This document shows positions 16,154 through 25,419 of a DNA stretch of 38,734 nucleotides, in pieces. The notes beneath the pieces are model-generated. The model did not search any database. It was not told the DNA's origin and saw nothing but the letters and a program-made list of their open reading frames with translations. This DNA is from a virus (Duplodnaviria; Caudoviricetes). A program made the translations under genes and the position numbers. Position 1 is the first letter of the stretch; each line of letters begins with the position of its first letter. The stretch is taken from positions 1 through 38,734 of IMG/VR virus record IMGVR_UViG_3300025852_000007. The stretch is one strand, 5' to 3'.

Positions 16154-17413
16154 ATGAAATATATACCAACCACGGCCACACACAAACTCATGACACTGAA
16201 ACGTCGTATCAAAGGTATAGCTGGCGGCACAAGTGCCGGTAAAACTATTTCAATTATTCAAATACTTATCGATAAGGCAGGATCAGATACTAGGCCAACT
16301 CTCACCTCAATTACATCCGAATCAATGCCTCACTTGAAGCGCGGTTGTGTACGTGATTTCCTAGATATTATGGAGGATGCCCATTATTTCAATGAAGATA
16401 ATTGGAATAAGACGGACTTTACATACACATTTGAGACAGGTAGTAAGATAGAGTTCTTCTCACTTGATATGCCTCATAAGGTGCGTGGACCGAGGCGTGA
16501 TCGTCTATTTATTAATGAGGCAAATAACATATCTAAAGAAACATTTGAACAATTAGAAGTCCGTACCTTACAAGAAATATGGTTAGATTGGAATCCAACT
16601 CAAGAGTTCTGGTTTTACACTGATTTGATGCAACGATCTGATGTAGACTTTATGATTTTAACCTACATCGATAATGAAGGGCTAGACCAACGTATTGTCG
16701 CATCCATTGAAAAGCGTAGGGACAATAAAACGTGGTGGACTGTCTATGGTCTCGGTCAGTTAGGTGAGGTTGAGGGTAAGATATATATAGGTTGGCAGAT
16801 AATAGACATGCTACCGCACGAAGCTAAACTTGTTAGTCGAGGACAGGACTTCGGATACTCTAACGACCCAACCACCATTATTGATATATATAAATACAAC
16901 GGTGGGTTCATATTTGATGAACGCTTATACCAAAAGGCTATGACCAATAAGGATATAGCTGACTTCATAGCAAACCTAGAAAGTCCACAAACAACTATTT
17001 ACGCTGATAGGGAGCTAAAGAGTATCGATGAAATATACTCATATGGGGTTAATATACGTCCGGCACAGAAAGGCCCAGGTTCAGTTAATCAGGGCATATC
17101 ATTTATACAAGACCAAAGGGTTAGTGTCACGAAACGCAGCATTAATCTTATAAAGGAATATCGCAATTACATGTGGCAGACTGATAAGAACGGCAAGATA
17201 CTAAACGATCCAATCGACCTTAATAATCACGCAATGGATGCCATACGATACGGCACTGAGACCTATTCTATATATTCTCGTAGTGAGGCATCTATAGTCA
17301 CGAGTACACCAGACTACCATAATACCAACCCATTTGTAGTAGAAGATGGCGAAAACAAGGCATCTTATGATATAACTAAAGCTATAAAGAGCGCTGAAAG
17401 GTATGATGAGTAA
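16154..17413 (+). CDS. terL: Terminase large subunit, PBSX-like
   Basis: Walker A GGTSAGKT, Walker B LFINEAN, DWNP, nuclease GQDFGYSNDP, NHAMDAIRY. Confidence 0.95.
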   Translation: MKYIPTTATHKLMTLKRRIKGIAGGTSAGKTISIIQILIDKAGSDTRPTLTSITSESMPHLKRGCVRDFLDIMEDAHYFNEDNWNKTDFTYTFETGSKIEFFSLDMPHKVRGPRRDRLFINEANNISKETFEQLEVRTLQEIWLDWNPTQEFWFYTDLMQRSDVDFMILTYIDNEGLDQRIVASIEKRRDNKTWWTVYGLGQLGEVEGKIYIGWQIIDMLPHEAKLVSRGQDFGYSNDPTTIIDIYKYNGGFIFDERLYQKAMTNKDIADFIANLESPQTTIYADRELKSIDEIYSYGVNIRPAQKGPGSVNQGISFIQDQRVSVTKRSINLIKEYRNYMWQTDKNGKILNDPIDLNNHAMDAIRYGTETYSIYSRSEASIVTSTPDYHNTNPFVVEDGENKASYDITKAIKSAERYDE

Positions 17414-17634
17414 TGTTTGTAACAATGTACGTTTATACGAATGAATTACCAGGCATTGAACTGACGCTGTTTCGTTGTTTGTACTGTGGTCGTGGACTGT
17501 TTAAGGCATCAGCTGACCACGTCATAATAGCTAATACATTCGGCATGAGCCACACATCTTATGAACCAGGTAGTAATTACATAGAACATCAATGCCATTC
17601 ATGTAAGACACTCTATAAAATCCTTTTTAAATAG
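17413..17634 (+). CDS. Zinc-ribbon protein, Mu Com-like
   Basis: FRCLYCGRGLFK...EHQCHSCKT; 73 aa. Confidence 0.65.
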   Translation: MFVTMYVYTNELPGIELTLFRCLYCGRGLFKASADHVIIANTFGMSHTSYEPGSNYIEHQCHSCKTLYKILFK

Positions 17635-17648
17635 ATATGAAAATGATG

Positions 17649-17694
17649 TATAATATAATCAACAGGCATTCAACCAAGCCCCACGAGGGCTTTT
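17649..17694 (+). promoter_or_regulatory. Late leader module copy 2 (before portal)
   Basis: TATAAT-N9-AGGCATTCAACCAAGCCC-CACGA-GGGCTTTT. Confidence 0.7.
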
Positions 17695-17711
17695 AATTAT
17701 AGGAGCGCACA

Positions 17712-19886
17712 ATGGTATTTGACCTCACTCAATCCAACCCGATACTAGACGATACAAAAGTAGACAACATTATTAATCAAACGGGGGCTGTTGATACACT
17801 TTCACCTCTTGATATAGATATACCCGACCTAGAAATTATTAGGAACTTAGACAATAGGATTAAAGACTCGCAGGGCTATTGGAACTCAGCCAAAGGTTTT
17901 GACTTATCACAGCGTCGGAACAGGAATGTCAAATACCACCTCGGCCACCAGATAAATACAAATAACCTTTATAGGTTTCAAACCCCATACATAGAGAACG
18001 AACTGTTTATTGGCGTTGAGAGCATGGTAGCTTATCTAACAGCTCAGCAATCACAACCTGAAGCCTATCCAGCTCAGGACACAGACCGCTCTAAACTATT
18101 CGCTACTGACCTAGAGAAAGCCCTATCGTGCCACTCAGAGAAGTTTAACCTAATGAGCCTAGTTGAACAGGCTGTCCGCAATTTACTACTTAAACATATT
18201 GGTATTATAAAGTTTCGCTTTGACCCCGACTATGGCAAGAATGGTGAGATTATACCCGAATCAGTTAAACCCGACCACATTATATTAGACAAGAACTGCA
18301 AACTAGGTGAAGACCCCGACTTTGTCTGTCACCTACTTAAGATGAACGTCGAAGAGTGTGTTGGTAGGTGGCCTAAGAAAAAGGAAGAGATACTTAACTG
18401 TCTAGGTATTAAGCGTGAAGGTTCACGTAATATGACACAAGAAATTGTCGTCAATGAAGTATGGGTATCTCATTACGATAAGAAGTACAAAAAGCAACAA
18501 GGCGTTGTCTGGTACTTCCAAGACGTGGTCCTTGAGAAGAATAAGAACCCTAACTGGATATATTCCAACGATAATCAGAACTTCCTTGATGCTCCACTTA
18601 AACCGTTTATATTTTTCAACCATATTAATGACGGCTCACACTTAATAGATAGTACAACAGTCTTTGAGCAAGCTATCAATATGCAGGATATTCTAAACAA
18701 GCGTGGCCGACAGATAATGGAGAATGCCGACCGAGCCAATGGTACTCTAGTCATTTCAACTGATTCGGGACTTACGAAGGATGACTGCCAAAATCTAACT
18801 GGTGATCCTAATCAGAAGTTACTTATTAAAACAGCAGGTCAACGTACATCGGATATGGTATATCAAGTTCCACCACACTCACTGCCACAGTATGTTGTAG
18901 ATGATAAGATGGACGCTCGTGTTACTATTCACGCCCTACTCGGAACTCCAAGCGACTTCACAGGCGCAGACAACGATGGCAAGGACGAAGAGACGCTCGG
19001 ACAGTCAATGCTTAAGAAGAACCAAGCCTCTGGCCGACAGGATGCTATTGTACGCTCAATAGACCGGTCAATGGGATATTACTTCCGCTTCCTAACCCAC
19101 ATGATGGCTGTCTGGTATGACGAGAAACACTTCTTTACATATAATGGTGGTGATGGACAGTTCGACCATATTACTATAAGCCGAGACTTATTTGAAGATG
19201 GTGTGGCTGTTGATGTTAAATCAGGCACTACTCTTCCGTTCGATAAAGGCAGGCAAGAAGCTATTTCACTGCAACTCGCTAAAATGGGTGTTATATCACC
19301 ACTCGACCTATATAAAGACTTACACATGGATAAAGTCCAGCAACGCTATGATAACTGGTATAAGTATAAGACAGTCCCAGAAGAACTGGCTCGCGATGTG
19401 ATGGATGATATTGATGAGTCCGATGCCTACGTTGCCTACATTGAAATCATGGCAGGTAAACCAGCCCCAGAAGTCAAGAACCCAACAAGGGAGTTTATAC
19501 TATCGCTTCGCAAGTTAATGATTAATGACAACTTCATCAAGGCTAAGAGTAGTCTACAAAGCGCGTTCATTAAGTACGTTAATAAGAATATTGACTCATT
19601 TGAGATGCGCGATAGCCTAGAACAGATGTCTCAAGGCGACCCAGAAACTATGCGACCACAAAACCCTATCCAACCACCTATGCAGACGCAACCCCAATTC
19701 GGACCACAAGACCAAGGTATGATGCCAGGAGCTATGCCACCAGCACCTACAATGTCACAGGGTCAACCTATGATGCCACCATCACAAATGCCGATGGGAG
19801 CGCCCGAGACGGGAATGCCAGTACCTAACCCAGCAGCCCCACAAACCGCACCGATGGGTAATCCAATGAGTTTACCTTTAGTCTAA
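17712..19886 (+). CDS. Portal protein
   Basis: 724 aa directly after terL; P/M/Q-rich C-terminal tail typical of podovirus portals. Confidence 0.8.
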   Translation: MVFDLTQSNPILDDTKVDNIINQTGAVDTLSPLDIDIPDLEIIRNLDNRIKDSQGYWNSAKGFDLSQRRNRNVKYHLGHQINTNNLYRFQTPYIENELFIGVESMVAYLTAQQSQPEAYPAQDTDRSKLFATDLEKALSCHSEKFNLMSLVEQAVRNLLLKHIGIIKFRFDPDYGKNGEIIPESVKPDHIILDKNCKLGEDPDFVCHLLKMNVEECVGRWPKKKEEILNCLGIKREGSRNMTQEIVVNEVWVSHYDKKYKKQQGVVWYFQDVVLEKNKNPNWIYSNDNQNFLDAPLKPFIFFNHINDGSHLIDSTTVFEQAINMQDILNKRGRQIMENADRANGTLVISTDSGLTKDDCQNLTGDPNQKLLIKTAGQRTSDMVYQVPPHSLPQYVVDDKMDARVTIHALLGTPSDFTGADNDGKDEETLGQSMLKKNQASGRQDAIVRSIDRSMGYYFRFLTHMMAVWYDEKHFFTYNGGDGQFDHITISRDLFEDGVAVDVKSGTTLPFDKGRQEAISLQLAKMGVISPLDLYKDLHMDKVQQRYDNWYKYKTVPEELARDVMDDIDESDAYVAYIEIMAGKPAPEVKNPTREFILSLRKLMINDNFIKAKSSLQSAFIKYVNKNIDSFEMRDSLEQMSQGDPETMRPQNPIQPPMQTQPQFGPQDQGMMPGAMPPAPTMSQGQPMMPPSQMPMGAPETGMPVPNPAAPQTAPMGNPMSLPLV

Positions 19887-19926
19887 TAAGTGTATAATAG
19901 AACCATATAAATAAGGAGTAGCCCAT

Positions 19927-20829
19927 ATGAGCGCAACAGACGATGTTGTAAACAAGGCACTGGAAGGTTTAGATGATAACCTACAGCCTATTAAAGATAC
20001 CGAAGAGGCAGATAAAACTGCTGATGATCAGGATGACAAATCTAGTGAAGATAAAACACAAGACGACAGCACTGATGATAAAAGCGAAGACGAATCTGAA
20101 GATAAAGACGAGGGATATGTTATCGACGATGATGTCGAGGAAGCTCCAGCTGAAGTTAAGCCAGCCGAAGCACCCAAGACTAACCTAAACGCCGAGCAAC
20201 AGTATATATATGATGGGTTGCCAACTCTATCTGTTACAGGTAAAGATGGTAAAAGCTATAACATTAAAGTCCCTGGTGAGTTACCTAAAGACTTTGAGTT
20301 TGCTTCTGATGTAGAGAGGATGAGTTTTACTGCGGGTATCGCACACCAGGAGAACGAGGCTGGTAAATTACAAAATACTTATCAGATGGAACAGAACGTC
20401 AAGTCAACCAAAGAGTTTGAGTCTAAAGAGAATCAGTCTATCGTTGACGACATAGCTGAGTTACAACGCAACGGTGACCTACCAAAGTTCAAACTACAAC
20501 CAACCGACAAGAACTTCGACAGCGACCCAGCCGCCAAGCAAGTTGATGATGTAATCGCTTTTATGAACAAGCGAAATGAAAAGTATCTAAAAGACTCAAA
20601 CGATGGTAAGTCATTCAGACACATCGGGTTTGAGGATGCCTTTTACTTATATAAACAACAGAACCCCGAAAAGACACGCTCAGCCGAACAACAAGCCGAG
20701 GATAAGCAACGCAAAGAGGTTGGACGCAGTGTTGGCTCTCGTGGAGCTAATAGTGATGATAATAAGACACCAATTGCACGTTCAGGCACAACTACACGCG
20801 ACCTGTTTGCAATGATAGATAACTTATAG
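19927..20829 (+). CDS. Scaffolding protein
   Basis: Acidic disordered N-terminus; lies between portal and capsid. Confidence 0.7.
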   Translation: MSATDDVVNKALEGLDDNLQPIKDTEEADKTADDQDDKSSEDKTQDDSTDDKSEDESEDKDEGYVIDDDVEEAPAEVKPAEAPKTNLNAEQQYIYDGLPTLSVTGKDGKSYNIKVPGELPKDFEFASDVERMSFTAGIAHQENEAGKLQNTYQMEQNVKSTKEFESKENQSIVDDIAELQRNGDLPKFKLQPTDKNFDSDPAAKQVDDVIAFMNKRNEKYLKDSNDGKSFRHIGFEDAFYLYKQQNPEKTRSAEQQAEDKQRKEVGRSVGSRGANSDDNKTPIARSGTTTRDLFAMIDNL

Positions 20830-20837
20830 GAGGTTAT

Positions 20838-20999
20838 ATGATTAATTGGTTACTAGCTATATTGGTTGAAAAGGGTGTAATGAAAATGGACGAGGCTAAA
20901 GAACTGGCCCGACTACTATCAACAACCACCTACTCAAACGAGTTCAAAGATGCCCACAAAGACATCAAAACTTTGTTGGATGGAATCGAAAACAAATAG
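20838..20999 (+). CDS. Small hypothetical protein
   Basis: AGGAGG RBS; 53 aa MINWLLAILVEKG... Confidence 0.65.
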   Translation: MINWLLAILVEKGVMKMDEAKELARLLSTTTYSNEFKDAHKDIKTLLDGIENK

Positions 21000-21001
21000 T
21001 A

Positions 21002-21074
21002 TTGCATAACAAATAATTGTTGTTATAATAGTTAATGTTAGGCAAAGATTAAAGCCCTCCCAAGGGGCTTTTTT
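21002..21074 (+). promoter_or_regulatory. Late leader module copy 3 (before capsid)
   Basis: TTGCAT-16-TATAAT-N10-AGGCAAAGATTAAAGCCCT-CCCAA-GGGGCTTTTTT. Confidence 0.75.
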
Positions 21075-21109
21075 ATATGCCAATAATAAAGTAATAAGGA
21101 GTAAATAAA

Positions 21110-22201
21110 ATGGCAGGACAGGTCTTTACAGACAGAGTAGTCGATATAACCTACCAAAATATATTGCCAAGTATTGTTGATCAAATCAACAACTCTAATA
21201 TATTCATGGCTAAGGTACTATCGAAACCAGAAAAATGGTCGGGTATCACAGAGAATCAACCAATCAGCATTGCTAACAGCAATACAGGTGGATCATTCGC
21301 TGGACTAGATACATTCTCAACATCGGCAACTAATAACACACGATTACTTACATGGTATGTCGCAGGTTACGAACAAAGTGTTGTTATCCCTGGTATTGAA
21401 AAAGCTATTAACGGTAATAGTGAAAAGCAGGTTCTTAAGCTGCTTACAACTCGCCTAGACGAAGCTAAGATTTCAGCATCTCAAAATGTTGGTCTTTTGT
21501 TCTACGGATTCGGCGCAGGTAAAGACTTTGATGGTCTTGGTAATATTGTTGACGATGGTACGAGTACAGCTACTTACGGTGGTCTTACACGTGCAACCAG
21601 TGCTTTCATTAATGGTGATGTAACAGCAGTTACTAACGGAGTCATCACACTTGATTATCTATCAAGCGAGTTCGACAACGTCAGTGCAGCCGGTTCAACA
21701 TCAGAAGCTCCAACGCTTGGTCTTACGACTAAAGCTATTTGGACATTCGTTGAAGGTGTTTTGCAACCTATGGTATCAGCACGCTACGAAACTCTACAGC
21801 TAAAAGGCTATGACCGAGTAGATGGTGGAATCCCAGCAGGTACATCAGTTCCTCAAGGTGATACTAAACTAAGTGGCTTCGGCGGCTTTAACGCATTGAA
21901 CTATCGTGGACGACCATTAGTCGCTGACGATAACTGTACACCACAGACATTCTACTGGATTAATGAACACTATATGGCATTCAAACGATTAGTTGATAAC
22001 GATCTAACACAGATTGCATCAACTGTCCAAGTCACTGAAGGCTTCTATAAGGATGTTCCAGCACCAAGTGCATGGCAGTACCGAGACTTGCTATCACCTG
22101 TCAACCAGTATGGTGAAATTGGTCTGTTGCTCTTAATGGGTAACTTGATACATCGTCAACCACGACGTAACGGTAAACTAACAGGCATAACGAGTAACTA
22201 G
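21110..22201 (+). CDS. Major capsid protein
   Basis: 363 aa after the scaffold; DFDGL.NIV...TYGGL.R, C-terminal PRRNGKLTGI; strong RBS. Confidence 0.85.
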   Translation: MAGQVFTDRVVDITYQNILPSIVDQINNSNIFMAKVLSKPEKWSGITENQPISIANSNTGGSFAGLDTFSTSATNNTRLLTWYVAGYEQSVVIPGIEKAINGNSEKQVLKLLTTRLDEAKISASQNVGLLFYGFGAGKDFDGLGNIVDDGTSTATYGGLTRATSAFINGDVTAVTNGVITLDYLSSEFDNVSAAGSTSEAPTLGLTTKAIWTFVEGVLQPMVSARYETLQLKGYDRVDGGIPAGTSVPQGDTKLSGFGGFNALNYRGRPLVADDNCTPQTFYWINEHYMAFKRLVDNDLTQIASTVQVTEGFYKDVPAPSAWQYRDLLSPVNQYGEIGLLLLMGNLIHRQPRRNGKLTGITSN

Positions 22202-22222
22202 GAAAGGATAAAGGAGAATTAT

Positions 22223-22975
22223 ATGCAAAACGGAATTAGAACATTAACCTCTACCGACCTTAACACCCTTACTACAGCTCAAACTGAAGTTTTCGGTGCA
22301 TTAGGACAGACAGATGACGGAAGAGTATTCAGATACGTAAAGTTCGGTGGAACAGCTACTATCACTCCAGGATTGGTGATGTCAGGTCCAGCCGCTCCAG
22401 CTAACTCAACAGCGTTGGCTATCACAGCAGCAGGAACTGGCGGACAAGTAGCAGCAAACTTCAAAGCAGGATCAAACAGCTTAGTAGTTACTAACGGTGT
22501 TACAAGCGTTACAGCTAATCAGTTCCAGTATCTTGAATTAGTTACTGCCACTGACTTAACATACAGCTTAAAGATTGCTGGTCATACATCAGCAGGTAGT
22601 GGTGGATATGTAAAGATACAACTAGACGAACCACTTCCATTGAACGCAACGACATTGATTGCAGGAACAGATACAGCTAACTTGGTATACTCACACTATA
22701 ATGGTGTAGGCGCATCAACAACTGGTAATGCTCCAGCAGGTGTCACAACGGTTGTAGTACCAAACACAGCTTCTGTAACTAACTACGGTTGGGTACAAAG
22801 CGGTGGTAAGGCTTTTGTTAAAGCAACTACAGCAACAATTGGACTAGGTATTGCACAAGACCTTTCAGGAACAGCAGGATATGTCATTATATCGGCTGCA
22901 ACTACTGGAAATATCGGCTGGGCTAAAGCTTCAGCTGCCAGCAACACCGCATCTGTTATATTGAACATCAACTAG
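22223..22975 (+). CDS. Capsid decoration/cement-like protein
   Basis: DGRVFRYVK...YGWVQSGG; A/T/G-rich; follows the capsid gene. Confidence 0.65.
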   Translation: MQNGIRTLTSTDLNTLTTAQTEVFGALGQTDDGRVFRYVKFGGTATITPGLVMSGPAAPANSTALAITAAGTGGQVAANFKAGSNSLVVTNGVTSVTANQFQYLELVTATDLTYSLKIAGHTSAGSGGYVKIQLDEPLPLNATTLIAGTDTANLVYSHYNGVGASTTGNAPAGVTTVVVPNTASVTNYGWVQSGGKAFVKATTATIGLGIAQDLSGTAGYVIISAATTGNIGWAKASAASNTASVILNIN

Positions 22976-22995
22976 AACAATAAAGGAGTCATACG

Positions 22996-23547
22996 ATGAC
23001 CAAACACCTATATATTGAAGATTACATACCCTCGATTCGCATGCAGGGTGGTATTCTCTCGGCGAAGCCAGTTATACTTAGCGGTACAGCGGCTACATTA
23101 GCCGTTGGCGGTACTCTGGCGGTAACTGGAACTACGGTTTTCACTGGCGGAACAACCTTCACTGGAGCAATTGTTGCTAATGGTGGAGTAACAGGATTAA
23201 CATCTCCAACTGTAAAAAGTGCCGCAGCTGGTGCAACTGTCGTATTGACGGCTGCACAATCTGGTGGAACATTCCAAAACGCTTCAACAAGTGGTAGCCC
23301 ATCATGGACACTACCTACCGCAGCTAATGGATTGGAGTTTACATTCACCTGTGCGAACGCTACGGCAGGATTCACCGTTACTGGTGGTACTGTCCACGCT
23401 AAGACCGCATCTACGGGTACTGCAGTCACTGGTACTACTTTGACACATACACAGGCTACAGCAGTAGTTGGTGATGCAATCTCGTTAGTATGTGACGGTA
23501 CAGCTTGGTGGACTACGGCCCAGATGGGTATATTCACAGCAGCTTAA
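22996..23547 (+). CDS. Virion structural protein (head fibre/decoration-like)
   Basis: T/A/G-rich; TLPTAANGLEFTF...GDAISLVCDGTAW. Confidence 0.65.
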   Translation: MTKHLYIEDYIPSIRMQGGILSAKPVILSGTAATLAVGGTLAVTGTTVFTGGTTFTGAIVANGGVTGLTSPTVKSAAAGATVVLTAAQSGGTFQNASTSGSPSWTLPTAANGLEFTFTCANATAGFTVTGGTVHAKTASTGTAVTGTTLTHTQATAVVGDAISLVCDGTAWWTTAQMGIFTAA

Positions 23548-23565
23548 ACTAAAACTAACACAACA

Positions 23566-23594
23566 GATACCCGATTCGTCGGGTATTTTGTTTT
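23566..23594 (+). terminator. Intrinsic terminator of the capsid operon
   Basis: GATACCCGA-TTCG-TCGGGTATT followed by TTGTTTT. Confidence 0.85.
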
Positions 23595-23621
23595 CAACTA
23601 ATATGTGTTAAAATCTAGCTT

Positions 23622-23801
23622 ATGAATAAAGAGTCTTTAATCGCAAAGCGAGCAACCGTTGAAGCTAGGTTCATTGAGCTTCAAAAAGAACAAGCCAAAG
23701 TAAACGAGGAACTACTGCGCCTACTGGGTGAATATAGGAGTTTAAACGCCCTTATAGACGAGATAAAACCTAACGAAGTCATTAAAAAGGCAAAGGAGTA
23801 A
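23622..23801 (+). CDS. Small coiled-coil protein (probably leaderless)
   Basis: TGtTAAAAT 7 nt before ATG; 59 aa MNKESLIAKR... Confidence 0.65.
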   Translation: MNKESLIAKRATVEARFIELQKEQAKVNEELLRLLGEYRSLNALIDEIKPNEVIKKAKE

Positions 23802-23804
23802 ACC

Positions 23805-24317
23805 ATGCCAATTATTAAGGATGAGGAACAGTTAAAACAATATACAACTACCGCCGTAACGAATAAGTTGTTTCGTGAGCGACTTGAGGAACGATTTAGA
23901 CCATCGGACTTCGTGAGAGTTATTAACATAGATGATGAGCCTTTTATCTGGCAGTATATGTCATCAGCAGACGAAGACGTATCTACTACAAGCGATGGTA
24001 TGCACCGTATTATTACAAGGAAAGCTCCTCAAGTGTGGATGGTTGACCCAGGCGAAACCGAAGTTATACAGGGCGATAATGCCTACGTAATGATTGAAGC
24101 ACTTTATAAAAAGATTACAGCTAAAAAGATTGTTAATAAAACACCTAATCAATCTGCTACTATGGCTCGTAACTTTAACTTCTCAGACCCTATAGCTCAA
24201 GAAGAAATGATAGACCGTATATATCTAGGAAAAGAAAACCCAATGTTTGGAGTAAAAAATGAAGAGCCACTCGGAACAACTGGACGAGATCCAGCAAGCA
24301 AAGCAACAACTAAGTAA
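23805..24317 (+). CDS. Hypothetical protein
   Basis: AAGGAG RBS; 170 aa. Confidence 0.75.
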   Translation: MPIIKDEEQLKQYTTTAVTNKLFRERLEERFRPSDFVRVINIDDEPFIWQYMSSADEDVSTTSDGMHRIITRKAPQVWMVDPGETEVIQGDNAYVMIEALYKKITAKKIVNKTPNQSATMARNFNFSDPIAQEEMIDRIYLGKENPMFGVKNEEPLGTTGRDPASKATTK

Positions 24318-25071
24318 AGAGCGCAAACTCTTAGAAGCTCAACAAGCCTATAATGAAAAAGCCCCGCTTGAATTAAAGGTTGCACTGGCTCATCTTGAAC
24401 AGGCTAAACGTGAGAAGTTATCATTAGAGCAAGAGCTTACATCATTAAAAGATGAAATCAAATCTAAAGAGAGTGAACTTTTAGGTATTAAGCAGAACAT
24501 TGATAAGTTTAAGAACGACTCTAATATCCAAAAGAAGAACGAACAATCAAAGATTAACTCTATTGAATCTAGCAAAACCAAAGCACAGGTAGTCTTATTA
24601 GATATAAACGACCAAATCAAAGAGCGCAAACAATACTTGAAGGATCAAGAAGAGCTTATTATTGAAACCAGTCTAAAGGGTAATGAATCCTTTGAGGAAC
24701 TACAACTTAATTACTCCCAACTAGAACGAATTATCAAAGGTAAAGAGTTAGAAAAGATTAGACTCGGTGATGAGATTGCCAGTTTAATAATTGATTCAGA
24801 AAAGATAGACAGGGAGTTCTCTGACAAGATTATCTATAACGAAACTGAGATAGAAAAAGCCACCAAAGAACTTCATCAAATACAAACTAAAGCTCAAGAG
24901 ACTGAAGCCCAATGTAAAATAATGATTAAGACTGTTGAAGATCGCAAAAACGAATTGCGAGCCGAGGCTGAATCAATAGATGCTAAACTGGCCGCTCTAC
25001 ATAAGGAAACTAGGGACTTTAGCCAAGTTAAAAGACGATACTCTAGCTCAAATGAGGGTTTTGATTTATAA
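24259..25071 (+). CDS. Long coiled-coil protein
   Basis: GGAG RBS; heptad E/K/Q/L-rich. Confidence 0.75.
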   Translation: MKSHSEQLDEIQQAKQQLSKERKLLEAQQAYNEKAPLELKVALAHLEQAKREKLSLEQELTSLKDEIKSKESELLGIKQNIDKFKNDSNIQKKNEQSKINSIESSKTKAQVVLLDINDQIKERKQYLKDQEELIIETSLKGNESFEELQLNYSQLERIIKGKELEKIRLGDEIASLIIDSEKIDREFSDKIIYNETEIEKATKELHQIQTKAQETEAQCKIMIKTVEDRKNELRAEAESIDAKLAALHKETRDFSQVKRRYSSSNEGFDL

Positions 25072-25111
25072 TGTAGATAGACACTAACTTAGTCCCCAGG
25101 AGGGGCTTTTT
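25067..25111 (+). promoter_or_regulatory. Late leader module copy 4 (variant AGAC/AGTCCC)
   Basis: TATAAT-N6-AGACACTAACTTAGTCCCC-AGGA-GGGGCTTTTT; AGGAGG SD lies inside the hairpin. Confidence 0.7.
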
Positions 25112-25113
25112 AT

Positions 25114-25419
25114 ATGGTAAGATTCCCAAGAGATGACAACAGAGTACCAATAACTGGCGGAGTAGCAAGCGGTGACGGTGTAACCCCGACTCCGATTGAA
25201 GTTGACGCAATTACGGGTGAATTATTAGTAAAAGACGCTAATATAAATAAACTTTTAGGACTAACGACGGGTCAATGGGATAAAGTAACACTTACTCAGG
25301 CTACATTAACCGATACGTATTCATTTGAACTTGCCTCAGTTCCGACTAAAGTTATAACAATAACCTATACAGATTCTGGTAAGGGTACTATCTCAACGGT
25401 GGTGCTAACTAATGCCTAA
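25114..25419 (+). CDS. Virion protein preceding the tail fibre
   Basis: PRDDNRVP...; 101 aa. Confidence 0.65.
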   Translation: MVRFPRDDNRVPITGGVASGDGVTPTPIEVDAITGELLVKDANINKLLGLTTGQWDKVTLTQATLTDTYSFELASVPTKVITITYTDSGKGTISTVVLTNA

